A program made the position numbers and the translations under genes. A stretch of DNA of 64,000 nt from Eledone cirrhosa. Lineage: Eukaryota. The notes under the pieces were generated by a model. It had not been told where the DNA came from. It saw only the letters and a list, made by a program, of their open reading frames with translations, and did no database searches. Within the stretch, counting starts at the first letter, position 1. Each line of letters opens with the position of its first letter. Location: the NCBI GenBank assembly GCA_964016885.1, contig OZ024742.1, positions 36,828,001-36,892,000 of the forward strand, given 5' to 3'. Of this stretch, positions 40,217-54,108 are shown piece after piece.

Positions 40217-41309
40217 ACCAGATAGAAAAATGCGTACAGCAAAAAAAAGTAATATTGTTGGAATATAAACCTTTAAAAATACAGGACAAGAAACTAAAAT
40301 AAAACTTTAAAAGAATAGGACAAGAAACTAAGATAAAACTTTAAAAGAATAGGACAAGAAACTAAGATAAAACTTTAAAGAATTGGACAAGAAATAAAAA
40401 ATTTTACAATAATATTAGTGGCAAAATTTTTATTGGTAAAAAATCGAGTTCCACATTCATAGGCTCTGGGTTCCACATTCAGACGTCGTCGTCAGACCGG
40501 GGGATCATTTGATCCTGGTTTGAACACCAATTGGGCCATAACCATACCCCTATTTCATCATTCGGCGACACGCCTCATGTGTCATGCATAATGTGAATGG
40601 ACCCATGGGCCCATGAGCACAGATCTTGAGCAGCAGCGGACGGTCTTATCGTCCCGCTCATCCTTGATCTTGACCAACCCGTCCATCTTCTCCTTGCATC
40701 TTGTCCTTGAGTTCAAGTCCGGCAGTCCAGATGAATGCGTGCCACAGCTTTCTGGTACAAGAAGGGGGAGCAGGAGGACTGGAGGGATGACGGGACAGAG
40801 GGAGGGAGGACCGGTGGTTGAGGGAGGTGCCGTAGTCGGTGGTCAGAGTCGACATCTTGTCCCGGTCGTCTTCCATTTTCGTCTGGTGTTGCGGGACCAG
40901 AAGTGCATTCTTGGAGGAGACCTGCAGCTGCATCGGCCAATTCTTCTTGCAATGGTCATTCTGACGGAGCAGAACTGCTCAGCCAACCAACCCCAACCAG
41001 AACCAACCGCTCAGGGGCAACGCACAATGAGAGCATGACAATTATTATACACTAATCAAGAAGATACTGGGGCATAGCACAGGAAACGAATAAAAACATT
41101 TTGCCACTAATATTATTGTAAAATTTTTTATTTCTTGTCCAATTCTTTAAAGTTTTATCTTAGTTTCTTGTCCTATTCTTTTAAAATGTTATCTTAGTTT
41201 CTTGTCCTATTCTTTTAAAGTTTTATTTTAGTTTCTTGTCCTGTATTTTTAAAGGTTTATATTCCAACAATATTACTTTTTTTTTGCTGTACGCATTTTT
41301 CTATCTGGT
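40217..41309. mobile_element. Long-TIR fold-back element with GC-rich interior
   Basis: ~210-bp inverted arms 40217-40430 and 41098-41309 containing ~34-bp subrepeats (AGGACAAGAAACTAAGATAAAACTTTAAAAGAAT). Confidence 0.8.
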
Positions 41310-41581
41310 CTACTATTTTTTAAGGCAATGCAAGCAACAACTATCTAATAATTAAATGATCATAGTGAATTACTGACAAGTGATTGACATTTTAAACTTC
41401 TTTTGAGTATAATTGCAATCTAGTTGAGGCAACTGGCTTAATGACAAAGCTAGTAAATGATGAAAGCATTTGAGATGATTAGTGCATAATAGTGAATTGG
41501 TGAAACTTGTGCATTTCAATGGTGTTACAACAATAGATGTAAGTTATATAGTAGTAATACTTTATCATTTTAACTTTTTAG

Positions 41582-41942
41582 AATGGACAAAAACCCATGC
41601 AAAGAAATGACTTTGACTGCAGTGATTCTCTCCAATTTACTTACAAAGCAAAACGTGGTCAAATACCTTATCATCTCTGATAAAATGCCCATTGAATCAC
41701 TGAAAATCGGATGCATAGAATTCCTCATAAAATGCACCTATGAATCGGAAGCCATAACATATATCAATGGATATAGGAAGTTGTTCACACTGGAAGACCA
41801 TCACTTCATTTGTGACTTCATCAGTTATCTCCACGATTATCTCAGACACCCAATGCCATTGATGAGAGGTGATCCAATGTGTGAGCATGTAACTAATCTT
41901 ATAGAAGTTGTTATCGACCACCTGGCTTTTAGTGACATTTGA
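41582..41942 (+). CDS. Exon-like ORF resembling the BACK helical domain of BTB (SPOP-like) proteins
   Basis: ILSNLLTKQNVVKYLIISDKMPIESLKIGCIEFL fits L..NL...N....L..AD.....LK....F(I/L); polypyrimidine tract plus AG at 41580-41581. Confidence 0.5.
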
Positions 41943-43119
41943 CTGATTTGACTGATAATGATGTATTTTTAAAAAGTATGTGTACATTCTTGTTACTATT
42001 TTAAGGCAATGCAAGCAACAACTATTTAATAAAATTTAAATTTAAAAATGACCATTGTGCATTACTAGTATGATGACATTTTATTAAGTCACAAAATTAG
42101 TCAGTCAGCCATAGAACAAGGATCAGGTGGCAAAAACATTGGCAAAAATTTGTGTCAATTTAAGATGTCCAACATTGTTCAAATGAATCATATCTGGTTT
42201 GAAGTCAGATTTGTCAAATTTTGACCAATTTTCAATGTTGTGAAGATTGGGCAAGTTCAATTTTTGAATCATTTCTTTCATGCAGTAATTAAACTTTTCC
42301 AAACGTCGTCATTTCTGGATTACCTCCCCTAGCGTCACGCTTACTACTCACTCACTTGAACACAAGATTTATCAGCAAACTTTGATTATAAACTTTTTCC
42401 CGCTGGACCAAATTTCTAGATTTTTAAGCCAAAAGATGCGTAATGATCTACTGTTCATGCTCATATAAGTTTTATCTCAGTTAAATAAAGTAGAGCCGCG
42501 CTGTACTGTCGTAAACAGACGATTGCCAACGAAAACACGACCACAACAATATTACTAAACGGACTACCGTCCGTTTAGGATGTGGTCCTAGATGTGTGTA
42601 TTATCTGATTATGTGTTGTATGTAGTCCTAGATGTGTGTGCTACCCGCTTCTGTTTTTTCTTTTCTTTTTTTTATTTGTAATATTATTTATACAATAGGG
42701 AATCAAATAGATCTACATAGTGTTAACTCGTTACGGTTGAGTCAATAATTTCAGACATGAAATACATTGTTATCGGTGAAGGAAAGATAAGATTCTAACT
42801 GGCTGCACTCAAAGTATCCTTGACCCAGTGGACTGTGGGTTTTTCCATTTTTAGGATCTCAATTACTGGTTAATGTCTCAATTACCGGACACGCCTGCAC
42901 ACCTGCTCGCAGCTGCGGTCAGACTATAGTTATGCTGTCTGCAAGCTCATTCAAATGCATTCACACTGGCTGTCTCAAAGACATACAAATATGGCTTATA
43001 AAACTTACCAAAGTAAAGAGCCTTCCATCACACCCCTAACGGGACCTTGCTCCCAAACGCCCCCCTGGAGTTCCCAAACGCCCCCCGGGGGTGCATATGC
43101 CCCCCGTTGAGAACCTTTG

Positions 43120-45498
43120 ATTTAGACAAGTGATTTGTGTTCATTTAGGCAAGTGATTTGAGTTCATTTAGACAAGTGATTTGGGTTCATTTAGGCAAGG
43201 GATTTGGGTTCATTTAGACAAGTGATTTGGGTTCATTTAGGCAAGTGATTTGGGTTCATTTAGGCAAGTTATTTGGGTTCATTTAGGCAAGTGATTTGGG
43301 TTCATTTAGACAAGTGATTTCGGTTCATTTAGGCAAGGGATTTGGGTTCATTTAGGCAAGTGATTTGGGTTCATTTAGACAACTGATTTGGGTTCATTTA
43401 GGCAAGTGATTTGGGTTCATTTAGGCAGGTGATTTGGGTGCATTTAGGCAAATGATTTGGGTTTATTTAGACAAGTGATTTCGGTTCATTTAGGCAAGGG
43501 ATTTGGGTTCATTTAGGCAAGGGATTTGAGTTCATTTAGACAACTGATTTGGGTTCATTTAGGCAAGTGATTTGGGTTCATTTAGGCAAGTGATTTGGGT
43601 TCAGTTAGGCAAGTGATTTGGGTTCATTTAGGCAAGTGATTTGGGTTCATTTAGACAAGTGATTTCGGTTCATTTAGGCAAGGGATTTGGGTTCATTTAG
43701 GCAAGGGATTTGAGTTCATTTAGACAACTGATTTGGGTTCATTTAGGCAAGTGATTTGGGTTCATTTAGGCAAGTGATTTGGGTTCATTTAGGCAAGTGA
43801 TTTGGGTTCATTTAGGCAAGTGATTTGGGTTCATTTAGACAAGTGATTTGGGTTCATTTAGGCAAGGGATTTGGGTTCATTTAGACAAGTGATTTGGGTT
43901 CATTTAGGCAAGTGATTTGGGTTCATTTAGGCAAGTGATTTGAGTTCATTTAGGCAAGTGATTTAGGTTCATTTAAACAAGTGATTTGGGTTCATTTAGA
44001 CAACTGATTTGGGTTCATTTAGGCAAGTGATTTGGGTTCATTTAGGCAAGTGATTTGGGTTCAGTTAGGCAACTGATTTGGGTTCATTTAGGCAAGTGAT
44101 TTGGGTTCATTTAGACAAGTGATTTCGGTTCATTTAGGCAAGGGATTTGGGTTCATTTAGGCAAGGGATTTGAGTTCATTTAGACAACTGATTTGGGTTC
44201 ATTTAGGCAAGTGATTTGGGTTCATTTAGGCAAGTGATTTGGGTTCAGTTAGGCAAGTGATTTGGGTTCATTTAGGCAAGTGATTTGGGTTCATTTAGAC
44301 AAGTGATTTGGGTTCATTTAGGCAAGGGATTTGGGTTCATTTAGGCAAGTGATTTGGGTTCATTTAGGCAAGTGATTTGGGTTCATTTAGACAAGTGATT
44401 TGGGTTCATTTAGGCAAGGGATTTGGGTTCATTTAGGCAAGTGATTTGGGTTCATTTAGGCAAGTGATTTGGGTTCATTTAGGCAAGTGATTTGGGTTCA
44501 TTTAGACAAGTGATTTGGGTTCATTTAGGCAAGGGATTTGGTTTCATTTAGACAAGGGATTTGGGTTCATTTAGGCAAGTGATTTGGGTTCATTTAGGCA
44601 AGTGATTTGGGTTCATTTAGGCAAGTGATTTGGGTTCATTTAGACAAGTGATTTGGGTTCATTTAGGCAAGTGATTTGGGTTTATTTAGACAAGTGATTT
44701 GGGTTCATTTATGCAAGTGATTTGGGTTCATTTAGGCAAGTGATTTGGGTTCATTTAGGCAAGTTATTTGGGTTAATTTAGACAAGTGATTTGGGTTTAT
44801 ATAGGCAAGTGGTTTGGGTTTATTTAGGCAAGTGATTTGGGTTCATTTAGGCAAGTGATTTGGGTTAATTTAGACAAGTGATTTGGGCTTATATAGGCAA
44901 GTAGTTTGGGTTTATTTAGCCAAGTAATTTGGGTTCATTTAGACAAGTGATTTGGGTTCTTTTAGGCAAGTTATTTGGGTTTATTTAGACAAGTGATTTG
45001 GGTTCATTTAGGCAAGTGATTTGGGTTTATATAGGCAAGTGATTTGGGTTCATTTAGGCAAGTGATTTGGGTTTATTTAGACAAGTGATTTGGGTTCATT
45101 TAGGCAAGTGATTCGGGTTTATATAGGCAAGTGATTTGGGTTCATTTAGGCAATTGATTTGGGTTTATATAGGCAAGTGATTTGGGTTCATTTAGGCAAG
45201 TGATTTGGGTTTATTTAGACAAGTGATTTGGGTTCATTTAGGCAAGTGATTTGGGTTCATTTAGACAAGTGATTTGGGTTCATTTAGGCAAGTGATTTGG
45301 GTTTATTTAGACAAGTGATTTGGGTTCATTTAGGCAAGTTATTTGGGTTAATTTAGACAAGTGATTTGGGTTTATATAGGCAAGTGGTTTGGGTTTATTT
45401 AGGCAAGTGATTTGGGTTCAATTAGGCAAGTGATTTGGGTTTATTTAGGCAAGTGATTTGGATTCATTTAGGCAAGTGATTTGGGTTCATTTAGGCAA
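43120..45498. repeat. 23-bp minisatellite, ~103 units (first units at 38270-38331)
   Basis: Unit GGGTTCATTTAG(G/A)CAAGTGATTT, no spacers. Confidence 0.97.
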
Positions 45499-46256
45499 TT
45501 GCCTTCTACAATAGTCTCCGTGTGATTGATGAAATAAGTAACAGACTTGAAAAGAAAATAAATACTGTTTTTGTTATGATCGACTAAAAAAAATGTCAAT
45601 GCTGTGCCCCTAGATTGGCCACAGTCTAATGGCTGAAACTAGTAAAAGAATAAAAAATATTACTACTACTACTTCTACTGCTACTACTACTACTACTACC
45701 ACCACCACCACCACCACCACCACCACCACCACTACTACTACTACTACTACTTCGAGGGAGGCGAATTTGGCAACGAATCTTGTTTTACTCGTTTTCTGCT
45801 GGTGCCATTGAAAATTCATTGAATTAATAATACTCTTGCACACTTCCTTCCATGTCTGCCTTGATAACAGAATTACAGAATTAAATATAATTGCTATTCC
45901 TTCATTCCTTTTTTTCTTTATTCATTAGTGGACACGATCATGTTATCTAATCATAAGACCTGGAAGTAGTATAGCTGGTCAGTTGGTTAGCTGTTTAGTT
46001 AGTTGGACAGTAATGATAGGTTTGCTGTATGAAAGAAAGAGCTTTATAGTTTTGAAGGAACAGAGCTGAACTGGAAATGAACTGGAACTAAACTTGATTA
46101 GGCTGCAATAAACTGGACAGAGCTGGCTGATGTTCATAGTGTACCGTGTCACACTTCATGTCTGTCATACGACAAGAAGGAAGTGTAAATGAGTACGCAG
46201 GCGTGGCCTTATTCTTTTATTGATTTCCGTCGTTGGACATCGGCCATGCTGGAAAG

Positions 46257-46368
<112 letters not shown>

Positions 46369-46501
46369 TATGCATGTATGTATATGTATGTATGTATGTA
46401 TGAATGTATGTATATATATGTATATATATATATATGTATATATATATACGTGTGTGTGTGTGTATTATGTATGTATGTATGTATGTATGTATGTATGTAT
46501 G

Positions 46502-46574
<73 letters not shown>

Positions 46575-46637
46575 ATTTATGTATGTATATATATGTGTAT
46601 ATATATGTATGTATATTTATGTATGTATATATATGTG

Positions 46638-46670
<33 letters not shown>

Positions 46671-46693
46671 GTATATACATGTATATATATATG

Positions 46694-47492
<799 letters not shown>

Positions 47493-47585
47493 TTTACACA
47501 CACACACTCATATATATATATATACATATATATACATATATATATATATACACATATATATACATACATAAATATACATACATAT

Positions 47586-48194
47586 GGTGGCTGCCAACTC
47601 GTTTTCGAGTACGGCCACTACTTTATATCCATGTAGGAGAACCCCTACCGATGCGCTGAACGAGTGTGACTTTTCAGTCCGGCCAGCGACTTGAAAACTT
47701 TGGTACAAACACTACACTTGTGACAATTATTGACACATAGTGCTGGGCCCATGGTACCATGTGACGACAAGTGCAGAGAGATCTCCAGATATAAAGCAAT
47801 GCCTGTGCCGTGAAGCTTTTATAGTGAGCAAAGGCACTGCACAAAGCCATTCCCACTCTCTTAACCAAGATGATATTTACCAAAAAGAAGAACAAGTCAA
47901 CATCATTGGATATCATCAGGGTTGCAGGTGTTATATCAAGAGTTTTTCTTCTCCTAGAATTCTGCCTTGACAAAGGCTAAGGGGTCATCTCTCCCAGTGA
48001 TTTTGGATGGCCATTGACTCTTAAGAGCTCCTTTGCCCTTTGACAGGTTTTGTTTTTAGTCCTGCAGGATGTCCAAAGTCACCCTCCTCACCAAGAAACC
48101 TTGGTGGGGTTGCCAGTTTAGTCGCCAACGACCCGACCATGGGACAGGTTGTACTGGGATACATGTTACCAGTAGCACCAACTGGTGACCTGAC
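47586..48194 (-). mobile_element. Bipartite non-autonomous RTE-derived retroposon, subfamily A (full length)
   Basis: Near-identical to 9957-10564; sits in a CATA-rich tract. Confidence 0.8.
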
Positions 48195-48238
48195 ATACAT
48201 ATACACATACATATACACATATATATACATACATAAAT

Positions 48239-48289
<51 letters not shown>

Positions 48290-48897
48290 CATACATACAT
48301 ACATACATACATACATACATACATACATACATACATACATACATACATACACATACATACATAATACACACACACTTATATATATATATACCAACCAGCC
48401 CACTCGCCGTAAGGCACCAATCACATTCTTTCTGACTTGACTGCTGCCACGTCACAGTTCTTAGCCATTTTGAATTCGTTTCTGGCAGGGATCATTTAAG
48501 AAAAATCTTCGTCCAAGTGAGTTTGTTTCCTGATGATTTCGAAGCTCGTGAATGTATCCTTGATCGGATATTTCCAAAAGCGAATGAAATCCCATGGGGT
48601 AGAAACGTAATTTTGGTATGTTTATGTACATTTTTTCTTCTAACTTTGATTTTATACCTAATTGTGTATGGTTGACGATATATTTAATCGATTTCCACGT
48701 GGTATTAGAAATGGTGGGTAAATATTCTATAGCTGTTGATCGCGAATAGATAGCTGTCGTTTATTTATCTATTATTTCTTCATAGGTGTCTTTTAATCTT
48801 ATAACCTTGTTTAATTGGTTTTTTGTGTGGTTGATTATGTTGATTGGGAGAGGAAATAATGTATATATTTTATCAAATGATTCTATGGACATACTTT

Positions 48898-48947
<50 letters not shown>

Positions 48948-49163
48948 TTTTGAGTTTATGTTGGTTGTATACCAACACCTCAGTATGCAGGCTGGAGCAC
49001 TCGACGAAGTGCGCAGGTTGGTTTGGTTACTCCGGAGTAGTGTAAAATATGACTCCAGTTCCCCAGTGAATTAACAACCCAACAAGGAACTGGGCATATC
49101 AGAGTATTGACAATATCATACACCTAAACAACATATGTACTTGTCTATACCATACTAATTCAA

Positions 49164-49218
49164 ACTGCCTGAAGAGGTCACAGCCAAAGATGGCTGTCAC
49201 TGAAATATATATAGCAGT
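49164..49218 (+). ncRNA. Hammerhead ribozyme (relative on minus strand at 59291-59343)
   Basis: actgc CTGAAGA ggtcacagcca-aaga-tggctgtcact GAA ATATATAT A gcagt. Confidence 0.75.
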
Positions 49219-49262
49219 AATAAACGAAGCTAAATTTTAATCATTTGACTTTTATTTAACTT

Positions 49263-49310
<48 letters not shown>

Positions 49311-49634
49311 AAGCTGACGGTATGTAACAAACTTTTCGCCAAACAGCACCAAATTTGCACCATAGATGTAACTTTTTCCAAGTAAAAAAGTGAGAGTATT
49401 TTTGTCTACTGAATTTTGTTAAAAGATTAAAGACATTATTTAAATATTCACTTCTTTCAAATTGCAAATGTCAACACTTCCGGTTATACGACATTCCTCA
49501 CTCTTTGTCTTTTTAGATAGATACATAGCTATGTATGACGTCGCGCCCTTATAATATGTCTCTGTATGTCTGGCTGTCTGCATTAGATAACGTTTTTCGA
49601 AATATTTACTCTGCGTTCACAGATTGATTTTTTT

Positions 49635-49685
49635 AGTTTCAGAAGATCCCGTTAAGGGTGAAAGCAGCGATTCTTTGCTTAAACT
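49635..49685 (+). ncRNA. Hammerhead-like motif, U4A core
   Basis: agttt CAGAAGA t ccc-gttaa-ggg t GAAA gca-gcgattctt-tgc TT aaact. Confidence 0.55.
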
Positions 49686-49809
49686 TTAATCTGTTATTTT
49701 AATATATATATTCGTGTACATATATTTTTGCATACACAAAAACAAAATATAAACAAACTTATTTATTTCACGAAAGCACAGGCGGCTTATCGTCATTGTT
49801 ACTGCCGAT

Positions 49810-50268
49810 ATGCCACCCAAAAGGTCGCAGCCTGGCCGCAAGATCAGATTTTCCAGAAGAAAAAATGTTACTAGATCAAGAGAGTCTGAAGATGATCATG
49901 AACATCGCCTTCAGCAGATGACTCAAGCGAGAGCCATTCGATCAGCCCAGTCACAAGAGCAACGCCAGTCTCGCTTTCAGCAACTCAGGTCCCGTGCAGA
50001 AGGCAGGAGAGCAACACGGACAGAACAAGCAAGATTGGAGCAGGTGAATTCACAAGCTGATTGCATCCACATTGCATTACAACATCAGTGTGCCATACAG
50101 GTCCTTGCAAAACTGAGTCCGATTTTTAACTACTCAAACCCAACATCAGAGCAAGTAGAAAACATCGGCTGGAAGTGGTCATTTGCATATAGTGCGAGCT
50201 TGGCGGCCTAATAAAGCCCATTAAAGTACACTAACAGAAAAACCACCCTTCGAGTGGTTTTCTGCTAG
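49810..50268 (+). mobile_element. Non-autonomous Helitron remnant: RepHel N-terminus plus 3' end
   Basis: MPPKRSQPGR...RESEDDHEHRLQQM..R..QSQEQRQSR resembles the R/E-rich RepHel N-terminus; hairpin GAAAAACCAC..GTGGTTTTC then CTAG. Confidence 0.6.
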
Positions 50269-50927
50269 CATGTGTAGTGTGCATATTGATAGTATACGCA
50301 AGTATATATACATGTAGATATGATACATCAAATAAAATCGTAATTGACAATATGCACAGAAATTGAACAAAGACTGTTACACTGTCTTATGTAATCAGTA
50401 ACGTAATCCACGATACATTAAAAAAAGACGATATTATATATAAACTGCATTAGGAGAAAATTAATGACGGAAATATATGAATGTTTATTTAAGCGATCGC
50501 TAACCGGAAGTGTTGACATTTGAAAATTTTGAAGAAGTGAATCTTTAAATAAGCAACAAAATTTAGCAGATAAATTATGTAATATTCATTCATTATTTAT
50601 TCAAAGTAATCCAACTTATTTTACAAACGGGATAAAAAAAATATATTCTGGACGCAGAATAGTTTAGATAAGGAGCTTTATGGGGCCAACAATAGTATGT
50701 GGTAAGTGTTGAACACCTGTTAACTCTGTGCAAAACGCTGTAAGTAACTTGCAGGTGTAAAAAGTCACAAGCGTTTACAACACCCACATAACTCACGTTG
50801 ATGTAGTTTGATAACCATACTTTCTCACGGGGAGGGGAGCTGCTTTCATGTATGTATGTATGTATGTATGTGTGAATGTGTGTGTGTATGTATGAATATG
50901 TGCGTGTATGTATATATATATATGTCA

Positions 50928-50978
<51 letters not shown>

Positions 50979-51055
50979 CGCATATCTGAGATTATGTGTT
51001 TGTAACTAGCTGTTTAAACGGCAAGAGCTCAGCCGCCGGGGTCCCAATTCTTTCA

Positions 51056-51097
<42 letters not shown>

Positions 51098-51537
51098 ATC
51101 TTTATTTGAAACGTACGTGAGCTTGTCATCCGGTGTTAAATCAAGCAAGTTGACGTTATAGAACACACCCGTGCTTCAGCTGTGGTCCGGTTTTAGATCA
51201 AACAAGTTAACATTAAAGAACATACCCAGTCTCAATTGTCTGACAATGAAAGAACTTCAGTGTATTTCAAGTCAAACTTGTCGGTAACTAACATCGAATG
51301 TTGGACGAATTCTTGGAAGTTTATTCTTTTTCTTTGTACTTTACTTCAGTCGTTCATTTGTTTTCTTGTTTCTCTTTTATTTTCTTTATTTTCTAGAATA
51401 AATCAACGACTTCCTCTTTAAGGTGGAATATATATATATATACGAAGTCGTTGATTTATATATATATAATTTATAATATGTATATATATATAATATATAT
51501 ATATTTATTAAAATAACAGATTAAAGTTTATTACTAT

Positions 51538-51631
<94 letters not shown>

Positions 51632-51747
51632 ATGCTTTGGGAGGGTCATATTGCTATAAGAAACACGCAACATGACCCTCCCAAAGCATAACAATATCGG
51701 TTTCAACACACGTTTTCAGATAAAGAATCTTGCTAAACAAATTCACG

Positions 51748-51821
<74 letters not shown>

Positions 51822-51828
<7 letters not shown>

Positions 51829-53460
51829 TAACAGATTAAAGTTTAAGCAAAGAATCGCTGCTTTCACCCTTAACGGGATCTTCTGAAACTAAAAAAATCA
51901 ATCTGTGAACGCAGAAGTAAATATTTCAAAAAGCGTTGCAACCGAAGGAAGACAGGAAGACGATACTTAGGTTCGTGGAAACGTTCCCTGGCAAAGAACG
52001 GATAAAGACAAAGATAATTGTTTCTACTTTTGGCTCCAGGCCAGCAATTATCACAGTGCATTACTGGTACTTTATTTTATCGATCCCGTAAGGATGAAAG
52101 GCAAAGTTAACCTCAGCGGGATTTGAACTCAGATCATAAAGGGAGGTAACTCTATGCTTCAAAGCGTGGCGCCCGACCCTCTACCGATACTGCCAATCCA
52201 CCACCCTGTGGATAAAGACAAAGATAATACGTCATAATTTGGAGCGGTGAAAACAATTACACGCAAAGACAAAACCACGTTTATGGTATAAATGAAGTCG
52301 TAGACTAATATTCTATTAGGTGGTTCGTGGAGACGTTCTCTGGCAATGAACGGAAAAAACGAAGATGATACGTCATTATGTGGAACGAGAGAACAATTAC
52401 ACGCAAAGACAAAACCACGTATATGGTATAACTAAAATTCTATTAGGAAACTGAATGATTCCCGGCTTCAGAGTTAAGAATAAAGTAAATAAATTACAGA
52501 GGTAATTGAAATTAAATATATACATGCACGCAACCATATACGTACATACACAAGCATACGCGAAAACACCCGCAATGGGTATGCCAAAAGAAGCACGTAC
52601 ACAAAAAAAAACACTCACGCACATACAGACCCCACGCAACACATGTACCCGCACACATACGAACGTATACACCAAATACACATAAAAATATATATAAAAA
52701 ACTATATATACATATGTATGTGTGAGTGTGCGTGTATACATATAATTATATAAACGTATAGAAATCTACACACATAAATACGTATAAACGCGCTCACACA
52801 CATACCACCTGTAAATACACATATGTACGCAGACGTACGTCAACCAAAACATAAAGTACACATATACACACACCCTACATACGTATGAACCCGCATACTC
52901 ACACAGACGCAAAACTCACGTATACGCATAACCATATGCACATATACCAGTATATATAATATATACGCCATAACATATACAAGCAAATATACGTACGAGG
53001 AAGTATACGGACCTTCACAAAACATACAGGTAAAATATACTTACCTATACAAATAAGTAATGGTATTAACATAACATATACTTAGCTACCACATCAAGAC
53101 GTAAAATATCCGCGTATAGTTCGTACTATCCGTTAGGGTATAATTTGGGGCTGTAATACAGGAAAGTTTTGTGCAATTTATGTTTACAAGCCGAAATTAC
53201 CTCAGATTTGTTGTTTAAGATATTGTCTTTGCCGTAGTTTCCAGGGTCTCAGCGGCGCAAAGGTCACATGGTCTTTTATTTCCGTTATACGATCTAGCCT
53301 TAACTAGGATCTCCCAGTGTAACTTATAGTGGGTGTGGTTGTCTTTTAGATTCCAGATATAAGCTGAAAGTGACGTCATATTCCTTCTTAAAGGGTTAAG
53401 AAAAGAATGGGTATGCATGTAAAGACGCTGCTTGAATCTATTGGCGGTTAACCCTATCAC
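51822..53460 (-). mobile_element. 5'-truncated PLE: GIY-YIG remnant, long 3'UTR and U4A HHR (51840-51890), ending in (TA)n
   Basis: IGLTANRFKQR..H..SF...TSLSAYIW.LK...WEI...CDLC..E then LNNKSEVISACKH, colinear with the C-terminus of the 21827-24286 protein. Confidence 0.8.
52019..52209 (-). mobile_element. tRNA-derived SINE (family 1) with 19-bp TSD
   Basis: GGATAAAGACAAAGATAAT at 52000-52018 and 52210-52228. Confidence 0.88.
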
Positions 53461-53903
53461 CAGAGGGCGTTATCCCCCCGGTGTTTGCATAGCTACGGCT
53501 TCCTAAAACCGTTCTTCCTTAGAGATACGAAATATTTATACATATTGTATAAAGCTATGCTTGAAGCTAAATCCTATTTCTTTTTTATTATAAGTTGAGC
53601 CAACTTATGCAGATTTATATGCAAATGAGATTAATCACCGCATTTACACAGACGAGAAAAGTATATTTTCTCGCCTGTCTTCTAGTCCAGCAGTCGCAAG
53701 CGGTGGGAGGGACCGTCCTGACGAAGGCCAGTTAAGCCTGAAATGCATAGACGTTTGTCCCCCTTGCTTCTGCTAGACATCACCAGAGTGCGTTAGCCCC
53801 CACCCGTGTTTGCATAGCTACGGCTTCCTAAAACCGTATTTCCTTAGAGATACGAAATATTTATACATATTGTATAAAGCTATGCTTGAAGCGAAATCCT
53901 ATT

Positions 53904-53909
<6 letters not shown>
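53456..53909 (+). mobile_element. Retrozyme-like non-coding element: 323-bp unit, ~1.4 tandem copies
   Basis: 53456-53584 repeats at 53779-53909; one HHR per unit; ends in (TA)n. Confidence 0.65.
53714..53753 (+). ncRNA. Hammerhead ribozyme, palindromic stem III
   Basis: cgtc CTGACGA a ggc-cagttaa-gcc t GAA ATGCAT A gacg. Confidence 0.85.
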
Positions 53910-53954
<45 letters not shown>

Positions 53955-54068
53955 CACAAAATTTATGTACATATATAGATTAGTCGGAAACTGTTTGCAT
54001 GCCCCTCAACTGGATTGTACATGTAATTCTAAGGGCCAGGCTTGTCGTACACACTCAGACCCACACAC

Positions 54069-54108
<40 letters not shown>

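Larger units (their letters stand above)
38332..43119 (-). mobile_element. hAT (Buster/Charlie-type) transposon with nested cargo
   Basis: TIRs CACAGGTTCTCAAC and GTTGAGAACCTTTG; 8-bp TSD ATTTACAC/ATTTAGAC with central TA. Confidence 0.88.

Noticed and set aside
40613-41038. GC-rich ORFs inside the fold-back element as a defined gene
   Set aside because: Short ORFs on both strands with no recognisable domain; function cannot be assigned.
43120-45498. CRISPR array or telomeric repeat
   Set aside because: Units are head-to-tail with no unique spacers and no cas genes; the 23-bp unit is not a TTAGGG or TTAGG array.
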